A DNA stretch of 64,000 bases, taken from Octopus vulgaris. Its lineage: Eukaryota. Below, one piece after another: positions 63,780 through 64,000 of the stretch. The DNA is taken from positions 30,876,001 through 30,940,000 of the forward strand of contig OX597819.1 of the NCBI GenBank assembly GCA_951406725.2, read 5' to 3'. The position numbers were made by a program, and so were the translations under genes. Numbering within the stretch: the first letter of the stretch is position 1; each line of letters begins with the position of its first letter. The notes under the pieces were generated by a model, which worked only from the letters and a program-made list of their open reading frames with translations, had not been told where the DNA came from and made no database searches.

Positions 63780-64000
63780 CACATATCTATATACATAACA
63801 TATATATCTATATACATACATATATACATACATATATATATATATACACATATCTATATACATACATATATATATATATACATACATATAGACATAACAT
63901 ATATATCTATATACATACATATATATATATATATATACATACATATAGACATATATATATATATATACACATATACACATATATACATACACACATACAT

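Overview
AT-rich eukaryotic DNA, about 64 kb, dense in repeats and microsatellites. The SINE families and (TA)n/(CA)n/(TAA)n tracts suggest an octopus (coleoid cephalopod) intron or intergenic region; this is inferred, not verified. Nearly all listed ORFs come from microsatellites and SINEs. The content I can support is: four tRNA-headed SINE families in many copies; truncated non-LTR relics (RTE, CR1-like, R4/Dong-like); mariner, hAT and piggyBac-type DNA transposon relics and MITEs; non-autonomous Helitrons; several foldback elements; a 635-bp local duplication; and a few possible exons of an unidentified minus-strand gene, the best at 3780-3979. The most notable items are a full-length U6 snRNA retrocopy fused to a SINE/LINE-type 3' tail (41719-41904), and several (TA)n-associated Penelope-like fragments with minimal hammerhead-ribozyme motifs, one almost complete (21233-21293). 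No prokaryotic genes or CRISPR arrays were seen. Coordinates were read by eye and may be a few bases off.
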